Virus record (IMG/VR): IMGVR_UViG_3300023184_004051
Span: 1-64,000 of that record
Origin: a virus
Strand: one strand, 5' to 3'
DNA length: 64,000 nucleotides
Of the stretch, positions 61,303 through 64,000 are shown piece by piece. The notes beneath the pieces were generated by a model. That model was given only the letters and a program-made list of their open reading frames with translations, was not told the origin of the DNA and did not search any database. Position 1 is the first letter of the stretch; each line of letters begins with the position of its first letter. The position numbers and the translations under genes are program-made.

Positions 61303-64000
61303 ATGAAAACTTACTACGCCAATCCAAACTACGCCGAGGCTGGCAACTCCGATAACTGGGTAGTAGTAGGGGCGCAAAGTGCTGATGTTTCCGTCAATGA
61401 CTTGACACAGTTGGCCGTTGGCAACATTTCAGCACCAACAAGTGCCTCAACTACCGGGTATTACTTCGCCCAAGTAGAGGATTTGACCCGCCTGACAAAG
61501 GGATGGTCATACCTCACCAAGACCAATCTCGGCCCTCGCAACCAAGCGAATGACACCTTTCAAGGCAACCGCCCGCAAGCGCCTGTCTCGGAACCCTATG
61601 TCTATGTTGCTGAAATCAACGGCTTCCTCAATGGCGACACTCTGGCAGTTTTGGAAGGTCAGCAAGAGAACCAACCTCCATTTTCCAATGCCGCCACTTC
61701 ATCTGACTATGGGACAAGTCAGTGGTCAGTCGTTCGCAACGCCGGTCTTATCCCGCTCGTCAGCACCGACCCCGGAAACTCCACCACATCGTTCTTGCAA
61801 CCCGAGAACTCGTCATCCCTCGCTTCACGCCTCATCGCCTACAACAACATTGACTATGGCGACACGAACTACGGAAACACCTACACGGATGACGGTGGCA
61901 ACACTCTGCCTGTCCCTGCAACCAAGAACTACGGCTCAAAGTTCACCCCAACTCCCGACAACTTGGGAAATGGAACAACGCAGAACTGGTATCTCGTCGC
62001 TTCAGGTGATGACACGGCTCAGGCAAACCTTCTCACGATGCTGCCGGATTTCACTACCGATGGCGAGCAAGTTGTCAGCGTGCAGGTTGGGCAGACCGCA
62101 ACAACCGTCACTTTGAGTGCGGCAAACTCCGCTTTCACCGTCGGTCAGACCTTGACGATTGTGACGAACAGCACAGGGGTGAGCAGTTCGCTGCCTTACC
62201 TGTCTACAAGCGCCCCGATGGGTTGGTTTGCTGGAAAGATTACAAGCATTGCCGGTGCGACCCTCTACACCGACCTCAACGACACCACTTCCAATACCGG
62301 AACGCTTGACCCCCTGCCCGGAAGCCTCAATAATGCTTTGACATTCACCGGCACAGTTTTGGGAACGAACACGATTACGATTTCAGCAGTTGGCTCAACA
62401 TCCAACTATGGCATCGCCGCCGGTCACACCCTGACTCTGACCAACACGATTTCCACTATCAGTTCAACGGCCTCAACCTTCACGGTCACCACGAGCGCCA
62501 CGCACTACATCGTTGCAGGTCAACAGGTCACCATCGCTGGCGTGACAGGGGCTACTTACACTCCTTACAACGGGACTTGGACTGTCGCTACGGTTGGGGC
62601 AACCACTTTCACCGTGACAAGCACCATCAACCCCGGAACGGTTAGCCCTGCGAGTGCAACGGCTTCGCAACAGGCGTATGTCGGCTCAATCATCGGAAAC
62701 GGCGTGGGTGCTGTAATCACGCTAGATGCCTATGGTGGGCCAATGGGACTCAATACCGCCATCACAAACGGCTCTGGCATCTCGTTTTCAGCAAACTACC
62801 TTGACAACAATGTGCGAGCATACGCAGCGACAATCACCAACTACACGCTCCGTGTCAATGACGACGGCAACAAGTTGGACTGCCAATACTCAACTGCGCC
62901 TTATTACGCCCAAAACTGCAAACTCTCCCTCTCATCGGCACTTTCCACTACCGGCGCTACGACGCAGGTTGTTCTCCGCAACAACGATGTGTATGACTAC
63001 ACCATCTATGGGGCGACGAACGGTGGAGTAGTTGTTGCAGTCATCTCAGGCGACAACTACCAAGAAATCACCGTCACGAGCGACACAACCATCTTGGGTT
63101 TTGGAACAGCAACCGCCACGGCTACAAGTTTCACGCCAAACTTCGCTTACCCCGCTCGCATCACCTCGCTTTACGATGTCACTCAGACAAAAAGTGGTGA
63201 TAATGACCGATACGGCAAAGTTCTTGTCCTCCCTGTCATCCCGCAGATTTACCGCAACGCCCCAATAGCGCAGTTCAAGAGTATGACCGCTTTGAGTGGT
63301 GGAATAACCGAAACGATTTCCGGCTCTACCTATTACTACGGGACAGTTGGAAGCACTTACTTCTCGTCTGACCCCTACACGGTTTCAGTAGATGATGTTT
63401 CCAATATCAACGTTGGCGACACGCTTACTTTCCGCAACGACTACAACCCGTGGTTCAGCAACTACACGACCAAGCCTCCGACATCCTCTGAATGGTCAAC
63501 CTATGGCGACAATGTGCCTTGGAGTTGGACACTCACCGATAGCGGCGCTTCAGGTTTCACCTGCACGAGCGGGGCGACCTTCATCATCCTTCCTGATGCA
63601 AATGGCTACTCCCTCCCCCTAGTGAAAGGGCAAGCAGCGTTCGGTGCGCCAACCTATGTTCCAAATGGGGCAAAAGTCACGGGTTGGAACGCCACGCAGA
63701 TTTTCTTTGACCAAAACACCACAGCAACCGTCGCCACCCCTGCCCAAAACATCCGCTTCTACCCCGGAACTTCAGGCTTCAACTATTGGAAGGTTTACTC
63801 GGTCAACACGGCGGATAACACCTTCGTCATCTACGGTTCGTCGGGGGCATACGAGCAGATTTCAGCATCTTACGGAACCAACGGCGACAGTCAGAACTAC
63901 ATCTTTGACTACAGTAATCACCTCTACGCAGGGAATACTGTAGACATTTCCAGCACGATTGGCGTTGGAGCGGGCGTTGTCGGACTGTCAAGTGCGGTAA
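61303..64000 (+). CDS. Large tail protein, truncated by window end (not in ORF track)
   Basis: Start MKTYYANPNYAEAG is in frame with the last codons of the window; T/S/G/N-rich; contains an HYIVAGQQVTIAGV...YNGTWTV repeat typical of tail proteins. Confidence 0.8.
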   Translation, partial: MKTYYANPNYAEAGNSDNWVVVGAQSADVSVNDLTQLAVGNISAPTSASTTGYYFAQVEDLTRLTKGWSYLTKTNLGPRNQANDTFQGNRPQAPVSEPYVYVAEINGFLNGDTLAVLEGQQENQPPFSNAATSSDYGTSQWSVVRNAGLIPLVSTDPGNSTTSFLQPENSSSLASRLIAYNNIDYGDTNYGNTYTDDGGNTLPVPATKNYGSKFTPTPDNLGNGTTQNWYLVASGDDTAQANLLTMLPDFTTDGEQVVSVQVGQTATTVTLSAANSAFTVGQTLTIVTNSTGVSSSLPYLSTSAPMGWFAGKITSIAGATLYTDLNDTTSNTGTLDPLPGSLNNALTFTGTVLGTNTITISAVGSTSNYGIAAGHTLTLTNTISTISSTASTFTVTTSATHYIVAGQQVTIAGVTGATYTPYNGTWTVATVGATTFTVTSTINPGTVSPASATASQQAYVGSIIGNGVGAVITLDAYGGPMGLNTAITNGSGISFSANYLDNNVRAYAATITNYTLRVNDDGNKLDCQYSTAPYYAQNCKLSLSSALSTTGATTQVVLRNNDVYDYTIYGATNGGVVVAVISGDNYQEITVTSDTTILGFGTATATATSFTPNFAYPARITSLYDVTQTKSGDNDRYGKVLVLPVIPQIYRNAPIAQFKSMTALSGGITETISGSTYYYGTVGSTYFSSDPYTVSVDDVSNINVGDTLTFRNDYNPWFSNYTTKPPTSSEWSTYGDNVPWSWTLTDSGASGFTCTSGATFIILPDANGYSLPLVKGQAAFGAPTYVPNGAKVTGWNATQIFFDQNTTATVATPAQNIRFYPGTSGFNYWKVYSVNTADNTFVIYGSSGAYEQISASYGTNGDSQNYIFDYSNHLYAGNTVDISSTIGVGAGVVGLSSAV

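Larger units (their letters stand above)
1..64000. mobile_element. Tailed bacteriophage genome segment (siphovirus-like, Actinomycetota host)
   Basis: Portal, protease, scaffold, major capsid, head-tail, tail tube, TAC frameshift and tape measure genes are present, as are WhiB x2, endolysin and SSB. No block of bacterial housekeeping genes. Confidence 0.95.

Noticed and set aside
1-64000. Stop-codon reassignment, or prophage boundary and integrase
   Set aside because: Genes are full length in the standard code with all three stops used; no integrase, att site or host gene block was seen.

Overview
The window is a contiguous piece of a long-tailed dsDNA bacteriophage genome (siphovirus-like, roughly 55% GC). 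The host is almost certainly in Actinomycetota: two WhiB factors, an Rpf-type transglycosylase, actinobacterial-type SSB, and many leaderless TANNNT-N6-start genes. From left to right it contains: a C-rich non-coding end; a SAM methyltransferase, GT2-TPR glycosyltransferase and DNA methylase; nucleotide-metabolism and small early genes; WhiB, GH25 endolysin, SSB and a second WhiB; the portal; an XkdF-type prohead protease; about 13 kb of unusual genes; Rpf; three more DNA methylases; a LexA-like regulator and RecB/Cas4-like nuclease; scaffold, decoration protein and major capsid; a phosphoesterase/DUF4406/DUF1599 cassette; head-tail genes; two tail-tube paralogs; a tail chaperone with a -1 frameshift; the tape measure; and a tail protein truncated by the window end. 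No terminase, MuF, integrase, tRNA or CRISPR array was seen. Main observations: (1) Eight head-region proteins carry 15 copies of the peptide tag (K)G-D-x-P-G-H-P-F-R-G-N-Q-[YW]. Most copies sit just after a Lys that resembles a protease site and before a different module (GNAT, ADP-ribosyltransferase, ParB-like, zincin, His-rich bundles). This suggests a tagged, protease-processed capsid-cargo system. (2) An HNH endonuclease gene with its own leaderless promoter lies inside a C5 methyltransferase whose own frame stays open. (3) An octamer family (TAGTGAAA/TGCTGAAA/TTTTGGAA) is strongly over-represented across the window. (4) The prohead protease appears split between two genes 21 kb apart. 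All assignments come from reading motifs by eye; no searches were run.
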